Positions 1-15,020 of a stretch of DNA of 64,000 nucleotides are shown here, in pieces (the first letter of the stretch is position 1; each line of letters begins with the position of its first letter). The stretch lies in the NCBI RefSeq assembly GCF_009914755.1, contig NC_060926.1; one strand, 5' to 3'. The translations under genes were made by a program, and so were the position numbers. The notes under the pieces were generated by a model. It was given only the letters and a program-made list of their open reading frames with translations, was not told the origin of the DNA and searched no databases. This stretch comes from the human T2T-CHM13v2.0 reference genome, Homo sapiens.

Positions 1-895
1 GTGGGTATCATGTGCTCCACATGTGATAACCCTAAGAAGGACACTTCATTGCTTATGTGTTATTCCAGCCAAGCATGCATAATCTGAATCTAATTGTGAG
101 AAAACAAGCAAATCCCAAGTGAAGAACATTCTAATTTTTTTAAAAAAAGGAGGGCTGGAGGACAACTTTCTTTAAAAATATCACAAAGTGGGGTTATGGA
201 AATGTTTCAGATTAAAAGAGGCGAAAGAGACACTGAATGCAATACCTGACCCTGGCCTGGAAGCTGTATTGGAAGAGGGAAATGCTACAAAGGATGTTAG
301 TGGGTGAACTGACAAAACTGGAATATGGTTGGTAGATTACATAGAAGTATTGTACCAGTGTTAAATTTATTGAAGTTTATAACTATACTGTGGTATTATA
401 TAAAACTATATCCCTATTAGTAAATATTCACTAAAATATTAAGAGAGGAAGGACCATGATATATGTAATTTCCTATATATAATGGGGCCCTGCACAGTGG
501 CTCATGCCTGTAATCCTAACACTTTGGGAGGCTGAGGTAGGAGGATCACTTAAACCCAGGAGTTCGAGGCCAACCTGGGCAACATAGCAGGACCCCATCT
601 TCACAAAAAACAAAAAAAATTAACTGGGTATGGTGGCTTGCACCTATGATCCTAGCTTTGCAGGAGGCTGAGGTGGGAAGATCTCTTGATCCCAGGAGTT
701 AGAGGTTGCAGTGAACTGGGATAGCACCATTTCACTCCACTCTGGACAATAGAGCAAGACACTGTCTCTAAAAGAAAAAAAAAATTTGGGATAAAGTGTT
801 AACAGTGAACTTGGGTAAACTCTATTTTGATGTTCTTTGATCTATTCTTATTGTTGCATCTTTTGCCAGAACTTGAACTTTTTCCAAATAAAATT
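1..895 (+). mobile_element. Old L1M (L1MC-like) 3' end fragment interrupted by an AluJ (~487-785)
   Basis: Resembles the L1MC 3'UTR (aatctgaatctaat..., gtgttaaattt...); diverged Alu with A tail in the middle. Confidence 0.55.
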
Positions 896-901
896 AAGAA
901 T

Positions 902-963
902 AATGATTATGTCCTAGGTATGATGTGAGTACAATGATTATGTCCTAGGTATGATGTGAGTAC
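902..963. repeat. Perfect 31 bp tandem duplication
   Basis: aatgattatgtcctaggtatgatgtgagtac at 902-932 and 933-963. Confidence 0.97.
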
Positions 964-983
964 AAAAAAGAAGCATGGTGGCT

Positions 984-1275
984 GGGGCGCGGTGGCTCAC
1001 GCCTATAATCCCAGCACTTTGGGAGGCCGAGGCGGGTGGATCACAAGGTCAGGAGATTGAGACCATCCTGGCTAACACAGTGAAACCCCGTCTCTACTAA
1101 AAATACAAAAAATTAGCCAGGTGTGGTGGCGGGCGCCTGTAGTCCCAGCTACTCAGGAGGCTGAGGCAGGAGGATGGTGTGAACCCAGGAGGCGGAGCTT
1201 GCAGTGAGCCGAGATTGCGCCACTGCACTCCAGCCTGGGCGACAGAGTGAGACTCTGTCTCAGAAAAAAAAAAAG
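984..1275 (+). mobile_element. AluY-type element
   Basis: accatcctggctaac diagnostic, CpG-rich, TSD-like aaaaagaagc(a/c)tggt on both sides. Confidence 0.9.
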
Positions 1276-1833
1276 AAGCCTGGTTAAATCAACCAAAAAC
1301 ATAAACTTAGAAAACTGAGATGCAAATAAGCGTTTTACAGCCCTCTCAGAAACTGGTTGATATGTATTAGCATCTGCTAAATGCTAGATGCTTGGCCCAA
1401 ATATCAAGTAATAATGGAGCAATTAACTATGCTATATTCTACAAATGGTATAAGACTAAAGTTCATTTTTAGCTCTACTAAGTTATTGAAAACATGCAGT
1501 ACAAACTACTTGTGCTTTAATTTTTGTGTTCTAATATATGTAATAGTTCTCACCCCTTTTGTTTATGTTAGCATATTAAATTCTTACCACAAATATATTG
1601 GAAATTATGTTCATATGTTACATCTAATACAGGAACTTTAGAATGAGTCATTGATCACAAATTGTAGAAGTACATTTTTATTATGTTAATCAGGTGAGGA
1701 TGTTTATTGTTTGTAGCATAGGTTGTTTGGATAGGATATAAGCAATCTATTAATACCATAATTTTTAATGAATGCACAAACTGGAAATAATCTCGTGGGA
1801 AAACCTAACTGAAAGCTAAATTAAATTTTATCC

Positions 1834-2633
1834 TTTTTTTTTTTTTTTTTCCATTTAAACCTGAGTTGACACAGCACACGTTTCAGAGAGCACGGGGTTG
1901 GGGGTAAGGTTATAGATTAACAGCATCCCAAGGCACAAGAATTTTTCTTAGTACAGAACAAAATGGTATCTCCTATGTCAACTTCTTTCTACACAGACAC
2001 AGTAACAATCTGATCTCTCTTTCTTTTCCCCACATTTCCCCCTTTTCTTTTCGACAAAACCGCCATCGTCATCATGGCCCGTTCTCAATGGTCGCTGTCT
2101 CTTTGGAGCTGTTGGGTACACTTCCCAGACGGGACGGGGCGGCCTGGCAGAGGCACTCCTCACTTCCCAGATGGGGCAGCCGGGCAGAGGCGCTCCTCAC
2201 TTCCCAGATGGGGCGGCCGGGCAGAGGCACACTTCACCTACCAGACGGGGTGGCAGCTGGGCAGAGGCGCTCCTCACTTCCCAGACGGGGCGGCCGGGCA
2301 GAGGTGCACCTCACTTCCCAGAAGGGGTGGTTGCCGGGCAGAGGCGCTCCTCACATCCCAGATGATGGGCGGCCGGGCAGAGGCGCTCCTCACCTCCCAG
2401 ATGGGACGGCTGGGCAGAGGCGCTCCCCACCTCCCAGACAAAGGGCAGCCGGGCAGAGGCGCTCCTCACTTACCAGGCGGGGCGGCCGGGCAGAGGCACT
2501 CCTCACCTCCCAGACGGGGCGGCCGGGCAGAGACGCCCCTCACCTCCCAGAAGGGGCGGCCGGGCAGAGGCACCCACTTCCCAGACAGGGCGGCCGGGCA
2601 GAGGCGCTCCTCACTTCCCAGGCGGGGCGGCCA
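1834..2633 (-). mobile_element. SVA_A retrotransposon, 5'-truncated within the VNTR, with shortened SINE-R
   Basis: polyT 1834-1850; SINE-R 1851-2120 including the segment ccaaagagacagcgacc I recall as SVA_A-type; GC-rich ~37-40 bp VNTR 2121-2632; 15 bp TSD aaattttatcctttt at 1823-1837 and 2634-2648. Confidence 0.9.
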
Positions 2634-3885
2634 AAATTTTATCCTTTTAAAATTAATTTTTCTACCACATGATTGAATTTTTTATTTGAAACTCCAGTGA
2701 ATTTTGTACTGTTACAAAGACATGAAAATCTTTGATAATGGTCTTAATTAAATAGGAAGATCTATTAATGTTCTAACATGTTTTGTTTGAAATTAAAATA
2801 AATACAGCTGGTATAATCACTGTTCTGCCTTCCACACACTGGAAATAGGCATAGATTTAGAAAGCAGTGCAGTAGCAAATGAGGTCTAATATGATTTCTA
2901 ATGAATTTGGATAGTAGATCTGGATCTTAGAACTCTCTATTTTGCTGTCACTGAGTCCAGCTATGCTTATCCTATGTGGTTTGTTCTATGATCAATTGAC
3001 ATTTCTTCTTAGGTTTGAAATAATTATAAGGAAAGTAATTTCAATAGCTCAATTATGGTCATTAAGAAGAAAGCATCTTAGACCAGCGCTTTATCAGTAC
3101 ATCATATTTAGACGTACAGAATTTCTATGTGGCTGTCCTTTAAATATTTTCTATTTTTGTTGGCTTTATCTAGTAATTTTAAATGCTTTTTTTAGGGAAT
3201 GAAAAAATATCTGTGATTTTAAAAAATTCACCATCTACTAGTTGGAAGTATCATCATAACACTACTCTTTATTCTCCAATCTCCACACCACTATGCCCAT
3301 CTAAGAGATTCATTTTGTATCAAATTGAAATGTTCTTGTTAAAAGCACATGCAATTTGTATTGGCTTTACCAAAGCCTGTAGAAAACATAACATCCATCA
3401 GAATTACTGGAATTGTCATTAAAAGCAAAAATAATCCCAGCCCATACTGGATTTGTATCCTCAAGATGAAAGAAGCTAATGTATGGCCTCATTATCCATT
3501 ATTATAAAGTTTCAGAAAGTGGCAGAGTAGCCTGGATTTCTGATAAATTTCAACTTTACTGTAATAATATGCTACTAATCTGAGCTGTCAGTTTAGCATT
3601 ACTGCAGAACAAATTCTTTTACAGATTGGAAATTTTAAGGTCTGGCTTCTTGTTCATTTTCCAGTTATTTGGAGATTTAAACTAGCTACCATGTTGCATA
3701 ATTCAAAAAAATAAATCTGTTAATTGATGAACAGTTCAGTTACTGGCTAGACTTCCTTTTCAAGATTATGCGGATCCTAGAGATACATAGTTCAAGACAC
3801 AAATCAAAAGTAATATTAAATTTGTTTTATAATTGTTTTTGTAATTGTGCCGTGTCTGCTTGCCCATGTTGTAACTTATTATTAA

Positions 3886-3990
<105 letters not shown>

Positions 3991-4234
3991 TAACACCTCT
4001 AATTTCTCTTGCTATGATTATCATCTTACTCTGATTACTTTTTATTCTTACTCTGATTCTGATCTTGATTCAGCTTTGTTAATTTATAAAATAATGGTTG
4101 TAAGAACATGTCACTGGAGTAAGCTACATGATTTGTGTTTGGCTGCAATTATTGTACTTGGTTTTATTTAATTTGCTGTTCTCAAAAAATTTTTTTAGAA
4201 TAGCTGAATATTTTAATGATGGTGGTATAGTTTA

Positions 4235-4538
4235 TTTTATTTATTTACTTTTTTTTGAGACGAAGTCACACGCTTGTTGCCCAGGCTGGAGTACAGTGGT
4301 GCGATCTTGGCTCACCACAACCTCTACCTCCTGGGTTCAAGCAATTGTCCTGCCTCAGCCTCCCAAAAAGCTGGAATTACAGGCATGTGCCACCACACCC
4401 GGCTCATTTTTGTATTTTTAGTAGAGACCGGGTTTCACCATGCTGACCAGGCTGGTCTTGAACTCCTGACCTCAGGTGAACCACCCACCTCAGCCTCCCA
4501 AAGTGCTGGGATTACAGGCATGAGCCACCATGCCTGGC
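4235..4538 (-). mobile_element. AluS
   Basis: Full dimeric antisense Alu with T-rich tail. Confidence 0.9.
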
Positions 4539-6035
4539 CACTGGTGGTATATTTTAGAACTTCAGAATTTTTATTGAAAATAGGAAACTTGAGAGAGTTA
4601 GCCCCTATATATGTGACTTATATATGCCATCTTTCAAAAATATAGTATAATTTGCAGACTATAAAAGGAACACTGTGTGTTCCTTGAGTATGTATTTCCC
4701 ATTCAAATTTGTAACTTAACATTTTGCCATATTTGCTTCAGTTCTTTCTTTTCCCTGTGAAATGAAAGAAGACAGAAATAATCCTTTGATTGCTTGCTGA
4801 AGATGACTGCAGTGCTGACTCTGCTTGACCACCAGTAGTGATACTGGCTTTAGCTAGGTAATGAAGCTCCATAGTAGACCATCTCTGGAAACTGGCCTCA
4901 CTTAGAGGATATAGGACAGGAAACCCAGCCTGCCAGTAGAACAGTATAAGGTGTTTCTATTCATCAGGAGTCCTCACAGCCATCCAAGGGCTATTCTTTG
5001 GTCCTCCAAGTGAGGTTATAAAATCAAATTGGTGTGTCAGGGAGCCACTTGGCTTAGAAGTAAAGTATCCCATAAAAGCCTTTGTCTCTTGTATATTTAG
5101 GTTGTGCGCATATTTTGTTAATTTATCCCAAAGTATTGTATATTGTATGCTTGTAAATGATGTATCTTATTCATTTTTGGAGAGAGATGCGGTCTCATTC
5201 TGTTGCTCAGGCTGGAGTGCAGTAGTGCAATCATAGCTCACTATATAACCTGCAACTTGTGAGCTCAGGTGGTCCTCTCACCTCAACCTCCCAAATACCT
5301 AGGACTACAGGTATGTGCCACCATGCCTGGCTAATATAAAAAAATTTTTTATGGAGACAAAGTCTCACTATGTTGCCTAGGCTGGTCTCAGACTCCTGGC
5401 CTCAAGTGATCCTCCCACCTCAGCCTCTCCAGGTATTGAGATTACAGGTGAGAGCCACCATGCCCAGCCTGATTTGTTTTAAATTGTATTTTTCATTTTT
5501 AAAACTAGTATATAGAAATGTAATTTGTTTTTGTATATTGATTTTTATATCCTTGTTCCCCCATGTAGAAGGGAAAAAATTCAGTCTTTCACTATTAAAT
5601 ATGATATTAGCTGTGTTTTTAAAAATAGATGCCCTTTATTAAGTAGAGGAAGTCTTATTTTAACCCTAGTTTGCTAATAGTTTTTATTACTGAATGGACA
5701 TTGACTTTTTTTTTTAATGTACTTTTACTGCATCTATTTGAGGTGCTTGTTAATTGGCAAAATACATAGATTGATTTTCAAATATTAAACTAACATCATA
5801 TTTCTGGCCCAAACTACCTTTGGTTGTGATTATATAATTAACTTGTATTTCTCTCTCTCTCTCTCTCTCTTTTTTTTTTTTTTTTTTTGAGAAACAGGGT
5901 ATTGCTCTGTTGTCCAGTCTGGAGTGCTATGGTATAATCATAGCTTACTGTAGCCTTAAACTCCTGGGCTCAAGTGATTTTCTTGCCTCAGCCTCCTGAG
6001 TAGCTGGGACTACATGAATGCACCATCATAAGCAG

Positions 6036-6427
6036 TGTGTTAGTTCGTTCCCACACTGCCATAAAGTAATACCTGAGACTGGGGTAATTGATAAAGAAAA
6101 GAGGTTTAATTGGCTCGTGGTTCCACAGGCAATACAGGAAGCATGACAGCCTCTGCTTCTGGGGAAGCCTCAGGAGCTTTTACTTACTGCAGAAGGCAAA
6201 GCAGGAGCAGGACCAAGAGTGAGAAAGCTGGGAGGTGCTATAAACTTTTAAATGACCAGATCTCATGAGAACTCTGTCATGAGAACAGCACCAAAGGGAT
6301 GCTGCTAAATTATGCATGAAGGATCCGCCCCTATGATCCAGTCATTTCCCACCAGGCCCCACCTCCAACACTGGGGATTACAGTTGAACACGAGATTTCA
6401 GTGGGGGCATAGATCCAAACCATATCA
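6036..6427 (-). mobile_element. MST-type (ERVL-MaLR) solo LTR inserted inside an AluJ
   Basis: tgtgttagttcgttc ... atccaaaccatatca; the Alu sequence stops at ~6035 and resumes at ~6428 (gctggctaattt). Confidence 0.85.
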
Positions 6428-6671
6428 GCTGGCTAATTTAACAAAATGTTTTTGTAGATAAGGTCTTGCTGTGTTGCCTCCAGGCTGGTCTTGAACTCCT
6501 GGCCTCTAGTGACCCTCCTTCCTCAGTCTTCCAAAGTGCTAGGATTATAGTATATTATCCTTTTTATGTAATACTGCATTTGATTGATTTTTTGTTTAAA
6601 AATTTTGTGTCTCTGTTCAAGGATGGTAAGGGTTTCTAGGATTTTTTGCCTTATATGTCTTGTATGGTTTT

Positions 6672-8445
6672 TGTCTTAGTCTGCTTGGATTGTCATAACA
6701 AAATACTGTAGACTGGGTGGCTTAAATAACAGAAATTTGTTTCTCACAGTTCTGGAGTCTGGAAAGTCCAGCAGGGTTTATTTTCTGTTGAGATCTGTCT
6801 TTGTGGCTTGCAGATAGTCACCTTCTTGCTGTGTCCTCACATGTTGGAAAAAGACTGTTGTCTCTTCCTCTTCTTACAAGGGCACTAGTTCTCTTTGATC
6901 AAGGCTCTAGTTTTATGACCTCATTTAACTTTAATCACTTCTTTAAAGGCCCTGTCTGCAATACAGTCATATGGGGAGATGTTAGGGCTTCCACATATTA
7001 ATTTTGGGGGTATACAGTTCACTCTATACCACTCTGTCCTTGCCCCCCCATTCATGTACTTAACACATACAGAATACATCCATTTTATCCCAACAGCCCC
7101 AAATGTCTTAACTCATTTTCACATCAACTCTGTAAGTCTAAAGTTCAAAATCTTATCTAAATATCTAAATCTGATACTGGTGAGACTGAAGTTACAATTC
7201 ATCCTGACTCAAAATCCCTTTCCAACTATAAACCTGTGAAAACAAATAAGTTATATGTAACCAGAATACAATGTTGGAACAGGTATAGGATACACATTCC
7301 CATTCCAAAAGGGAGACAGTGGAAGGAATAAAGGGGTGACAGGTCTCAGGTAAGCCTAAAACCTAGTAAGGTAAATTCTATTAGTCATTAAAGCTTGAGA
7401 ATAGCCCTCTTTGGTTGATACTCTGTACTTCATGCGCACTGGGTTGCCAGTGTCACCCCCCACCCCAGGTCTCTGCAAGGGCCCCACACATAATGCTGTC
7501 TGTGAGGGCAGCTCCACCATTGAGGCACTAGGTAGGTCATCCTGGCCCACTGAAACTTGACCTGTGGTCCTACCCTTTGAAACCAAGGAAGAGGAAACAG
7601 CCTTGCCTCCTGGATCTTTGGTGGGAATGGCAGCTCTCATAATCTCTGAATTGCTTTCAGAGTTTTTCTTATCACACATTCAAACTGAATAGCTTTATGG
7701 TCTGATCTATAGAATCCAAGAAGTCCAACAGTCTACCTTCATTCCTTCCCACTTTCTCTGTCCCCTTTAGTTCAAAATGGTAGTGTCTTTTCTGGTATAA
7801 TCCCGTATCCATTCCTGGCCTCACTGAGCTGGCTGATTAAGTCCACTAGTTATACCCATGGTCTGTTTATCAGTCACACCCTCAGTATTTTCTTTAGAAC
7901 AAGCTTTCTTGTTTGTTTGTTTTTTTTTTTTTAAATTTGGATAGACTGAGAATTTTCTAAATCTTCAGCTTCTGGTTCTTTTGTGCTTAACAGTTTCTTC
8001 TTTAGTTTATTTCTGTCTGCTCACATTTTAACTATAAGCAGTCAGAAGGAGAAATTAAGCTGCTCCTTCAACACTTGCTTAGAAATTGCCTTAGCTAAAT
8101 ATCCAATTTCATTGCTTGCTGCATGTTCTACCTTCCACAAAACACTAGAACACAGTTGAGCCAAGTTCTTTGCCACTTTATAATAAGGATCCCCTTTCCA
8201 CTAGTTTTCAATAACATGCTCCTTATTTATGTTTGAGAGCTCACCAGAATTGCCCTGAAGGTCCCTATTTCCAGCATGCACCTCAAAACTCTTCCAGCCT
8301 CTACCCATTACCCAGTTCTAAAGCTGCTTCTGTATTCTTAGGTCTTTGTTGTAGTAGCACTCTATTTCTTTGTAACAAAATCTGTCTTAGTCTGCTTGGG
8401 CTGGTATAACAAAATACTATTGATTTGGTGGCTCAAACAACAATA
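6672..8445 (-). mobile_element. MLT1-type MaLR provirus remnant: LTR (6672-7031), internal region (7032-8382), truncated second LTR (8383-~8445)
   Basis: Both LTRs start tgtcttagtctgcttgg...ataacaaaatact; purine tract on the - strand adjacent to the complete LTR; MaLR-internal motif (ccagcctctacccattacccagttctaaagctgcttc). Confidence 0.8.
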
Positions 8446-8581
8446 CTGGTCATATTAAATGAGTTAGGCAGGGTTCTCTTTTCCTCTGTTTTCTGTGAGA
8501 GTTGGTTTGAGAATGCTATTATGATTTTCTTAACATTCACCAGCAGATCTGGACCTGGAGATTACCTTGTGGAAAGGTTTT

Positions 8582-8709
8582 GTTTTGTTTTTCATTGAGA
8601 CAGAATCTTGCTATATTGCTCAGGCTCATCTTGAATTCCTGGGTTCAAGTGATCTTACCACCTCAGCCTCCTGAGTAGCTGGGACTATAGGCATGTGTGT
8701 TATGCCCAG
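8582..8709 (-). mobile_element. FLAM (free left Alu monomer)
   Basis: Monomeric Alu flanked by TSD tgtg(g/a)aaggtttt. Confidence 0.75.
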
Positions 8710-9014
8710 TGTGAAAAGGTTTTAAATTATGGAATAAATTTATTTACTAGGTAAAGGGCTACTCAGATTTTCTATTTCTTCTTGTGTTAGTTTTTATAAT
8801 TCATGTCTTTCAAGGAATTTGTGTTTTTCATCACATGAATTGTGTTGAATTTATTGGCATAAAGTTGTTCATAGTATTTCTTCATGTATCCTTCTTAAAT
8901 CTGTGGAATCTAAATTGATGTCTCCTCTTTCATTCCTGACATTGATAATTTACATTTTTCTCTCTTCTTTTTTCTTGATTGGTCTAGCTAGAGGTTTTTA
9001 AATTATATTGATCC

Positions 9015-9168
9015 TGGCACATGCCTGTAGTCCCAGCTACTTAGGAGGCTGAGGCAGGAGGATCACCTTAGCCCAGGGGTTCGGGGCTATAGTACACTAT
9101 GATTGTGCCTATGAATAGCCACTGCATTCCAGCCTGGGCAACATAGTGAGACCCTGTCTCTTAAAAAA
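9015..9168 (+). mobile_element. FAM (fossil Alu monomer)
   Basis: 7SL-like segment tatgattgtgcctatgaatagccactgca; TSD aaattatattgatc at 9000-9013 and 9166-9179. Confidence 0.8.
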
Positions 9169-9467
9169 TTATATTGATCTTTGCAGTGAACTAGCTTTTG
9201 ATTTCATTGATTTTCCTCTATTGTTTATTCGTTTCCTTTTTCATTATTTTTTCTATTATCTTTAATATTAACTTCCTCTTAATTGCTCTTCTTTTTCTAG
9301 CTTCTTAGAGTGAAAGGTCAGTCTTTGATTAGATCTTTATTTCGACCTTCTTTTCTAGAATGAACATGAATCATTGCTTTAGTTGTGCCCCACAGATTTT
9401 GATATGTTTGTTTTAATTTTGTTAAATTAAAATGAAGTTTTCTTGTTTGGTTTAAAATATTTTCAAA

Positions 9468-10658
<1,191 letters not shown>

Positions 10659-11701
10659 CTCCAGATAATCTTTTTTTCATTACTTTCTAATATATTTCCT
10701 TTATGGCAAGAGAAAATACTCTTTATGACTTCAATAAACTTAAACTCATTGAGTTGTATTTTCTTATTTAAATTTATTGAGTTCCACTTTTCATCATGAA
10801 TAACATTCCTTGCCTTGATTATATTTCTTGCCTACTTTGTCAGATACTAATATAGCCACCCAGCAATCTTATGATGAGAGTTTGCATGGTATATGTTTTT
10901 ATGTCCTTTTTATGTATTATCTTTCTGTGTGTCCACTGTGGCTGAGTGGAACTCTGTCATCTTCTAGCTCTGTGTAAAATCAGAGAATTACTCAGCTTAC
11001 AGTTTCTTTGTAGTTTTTTGCCGATCTTGTGGGCTATCACACTATTGTGTGAGGATAGATACTGAGACCCAAAATGAGCCCTGTGCATATTTCTGGAGCA
11101 CTTCCTCTGTATAGCTTCCTCCACTCCAGTACTCTGCTTTACAAATTCCAGTTGCCTGGGCCTCTCTGAACTTTGATTTCTGTCTCCTCAACTCAGCAAA
11201 TGGCTGTGTTCTTTTAGGGTTCCTCCTTTCCATGTAGCAGTTCAGAAAGTGTCTCCAAACAGGAATCTGTGGTGTGATCCTTGTGCTTACTTTGTTTTCC
11301 TTCTTGTGTGTATCACAGTTCTGTGACCCAGTTTCTGGAACTGATTTTCTCCAGTTTTCTAGTTGTTTATAGCTGAAAGCCATGCGTAGTACCAGTTATT
11401 CTGATATAGGTGGAACTTCTTAATTTTTTAATTATAAGTTTCTATCCAGGTTACCTCAAAGCTGTTTCTTTTTGGTAACATTTGTTATTGGAAATAATTT
11501 TATTGTTACAGTCTTGTCCCAGTGTGTAATGACATGTGCAAAAGGGTATTCATAACAGCATCAAAAGAAAGGGGAAAAGCATAGCAGTTTATCAGTAGAG
11601 AACTGGATAAGTGAAGTTAACACATTGTAGTGGTGTATGCCCTCTAGTCATTACAAAAAATGAATTAGGCAGGTGTATCTGTTAAGATGTAGTAATGTCC
11701 A

Positions 11702-12895
<1,194 letters not shown>

Positions 12896-13208
12896 CTAAT
12901 TTTATGCCAGGTTTGGGTTAGTTTCTAGCCCTGTCAGTTAGTAACCATGTGACTTCAGGCAAGATATTAACTTCTGACCTTCCTTTTTCTCATTTATAAA
13001 TGGGGGCCAAATATCATCCTTATATGGAGAATTATGAGAACTAAGTGAGATGACGTAAATACCTAAAATGCTATCTGGTAGATGGCTTCTCTTTTCTTTT
13101 CCTAAGACAAAATGCATATCAACCTTGGCTTTTAACACAGATCAGCCTTTTCACAAATAGTTCTTCGTGTTTGCATCAGACATTCCTTAGAGATAAATCA
13201 TACTGTGA

Positions 13209-13364
<156 letters not shown>

Positions 13365-13839
13365 TAAAATTATAATTAACAGTGCAAAAAGCTTTCCATA
13401 GATTTAGTATGTTCTTTGTCTTTTTATAATTTCATTCACCATACAAATATTGAACTTATATATTGTAACTAATCTACTTCTTTTATTTTCCAAAAAACCT
13501 AAGTAATATTTAGCACTGACAATAAAATTACTGAATAAATAAACAAATTTAACAATTTTTGGTATTGTAAGTTCTTATTTATGTTAGCTTTCAAGCACTA
13601 GTTTTTATTTCAGATGATAGAGGAAGTCAACCTCATCAGTCCACTTGATGAAATCGAAGTCTAGTAGTTTGGTTTCTAAAGACATGAATTTATTCACTCT
13701 TCTGTGTACTTATAATACTAAATGTATTTTTGTAAGTGTATATGTTTTTTTTTCAACAAATCCAACTAGTGTTTTAAAATTTACAAAAAAGAATTTCTAG
13801 TATTTTTTTAAGGTAAGCATCTAAGTGCTGTCATAAACT

Positions 13840-14135
13840 TTTCTGTTTTTGTTTTTTGAAATGGGGTCTTGCTGTGTTTCCCAGGCTGGAGTGCAGAAGT
13901 GCGACTATTGGCTCACTGCAACCTCTGCCTCCCAGGTTCAAGCAATCCTCCCACTTCAGCCTCCCAAGTAGCTGGGACTACAGGCACACACCACCATGCC
14001 CAGTTAATTTTTGTATTTTTAGCAAACATGAGGTTTTGCCATATTGCCCAGGCGGGTCAAACTGCTGGGCTCAAGCGATCTTGCCCACCTCAGCCTCCCC
14101 AAGTACTGGAATTACGGGCGTGAGTCCCCCATGCC
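13840..14135 (-). mobile_element. AluJ
   Basis: Diverged Alu, TSD ctgtcataaacttt on both sides. Confidence 0.88.
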
Positions 14136-14240
14136 CTACCACTGTCATAAACTTTGAATATAAATTCTAGTTGACGAAAGGATTATAGTTCAGAAAGTAC
14201 ATGTATAAACATGTGTTTTCTTAAACCACACAGTTTAGAT

Positions 14241-15020
14241 CAGAGGTTCCTAACACTTGTACTTTTTATAGCACACGTCCCCTTGGCAATCTGATAAAGC
14301 CCTTTGTCAGAATGTTTTAAATGCCTGAAATAAAGGAAACCAATTATACTGAAATGCAGTTACTAAAATATTAATAAAACAAATCTGTGACATAGTAATA
14401 TGTGCTTCTTTATAATACATTAAACTAAAAAAGCTATAACAGCAAGTCTAGAAACTAATGTAACTTCCAAGAAGAAATTAGCATAAATGATATTTTGAGT
14501 GACTGTAACAGCTGTAATAAATGAAAATGCATATGATTTTTACTGATGACAAAATCACAAGTTTGTTTTGTTTTGTTTTGTTTGTTGTTGTTGTTTTGAG
14601 ACAGGGTTTTGTTCTGCTGCCCAGAGTGGAGTGCAGTGGCTCTATCATGGCTCACTGCAGCCTTGGCCTCCTGGCTCAGTCAGTTCTCCCACTTCAGCCT
14701 CCTAAGGAGCTGGGACTACAGGTGCACACCACCACACTCAGCTAATTTTTGTATTTTTGTATTTTTGTAAAGACACTCTTTTGCCATGTTGCCCAGGTTG
14801 AGCAGTTCGTGGCTCAAGCAACCTGCCCACTTCAGACTCCCAAAGTGCTAGGATTACAGGTGTGAGTCACTGTGCCTAGCCAACAAAATCACAAGTATTA
14901 TTTATACTACTGTTGTTTTGTTGCTTACATTTAAACTTGAAGGAAATACTAAATTTTAGTTAGAAATTAGTAGAAATTAAGATATCTGGTTTTTTCCATC
15001 CAAGTTTATAAATCTCTATA
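14241..15020. mobile_element. hAT-Charlie DNA transposon fossil (MER119-like) interrupted by an antisense AluJ (14563-14882)
   Basis: cagaggttcctaac terminus, aaggaaaccaattata...gtaatatgtgcttcttta motif; Alu TSD acaaaatcacaagt at 14549-14562 and 14883-14896. Confidence 0.65.

Larger units (their letters stand above)
5085..9440 (-). mobile_element. Old antisense L1M ORF2-derived sequence hosting nested insertions (AluJ 5175-5469, split AluJ 5870-6550, MaLR elements, FLAM, FAM)
   Basis: Antisense L1-like phrases (cagtctttcactattaaatatgatattagctgt; cagattttctatttcttc; ggtctagctagaggttt) resume between the insertions. Confidence 0.65.

Noticed and set aside
2121-2632. Regularly spaced ~37-40 bp repeats resembling a CRISPR array
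   Set aside because: Units are directly tandem without unique spacers, the context is eukaryotic, there are no cas genes, and it is the SVA VNTR.
2074-2676. Overlapping 200 aa and 194 aa ORFs with repeating peptides
   Set aside because: They are translations of the stop-poor, GC-rich SVA VNTR, with no evidence of a gene.
4770-5080. Moderately GC-balanced unique-looking stretch considered as snoRNA, cryptic exon or LTR
   Set aside because: I could not identify paired C/D or H/ACA boxes, convincing splice sites or LTR termini; it needs a Dfam/Rfam search.
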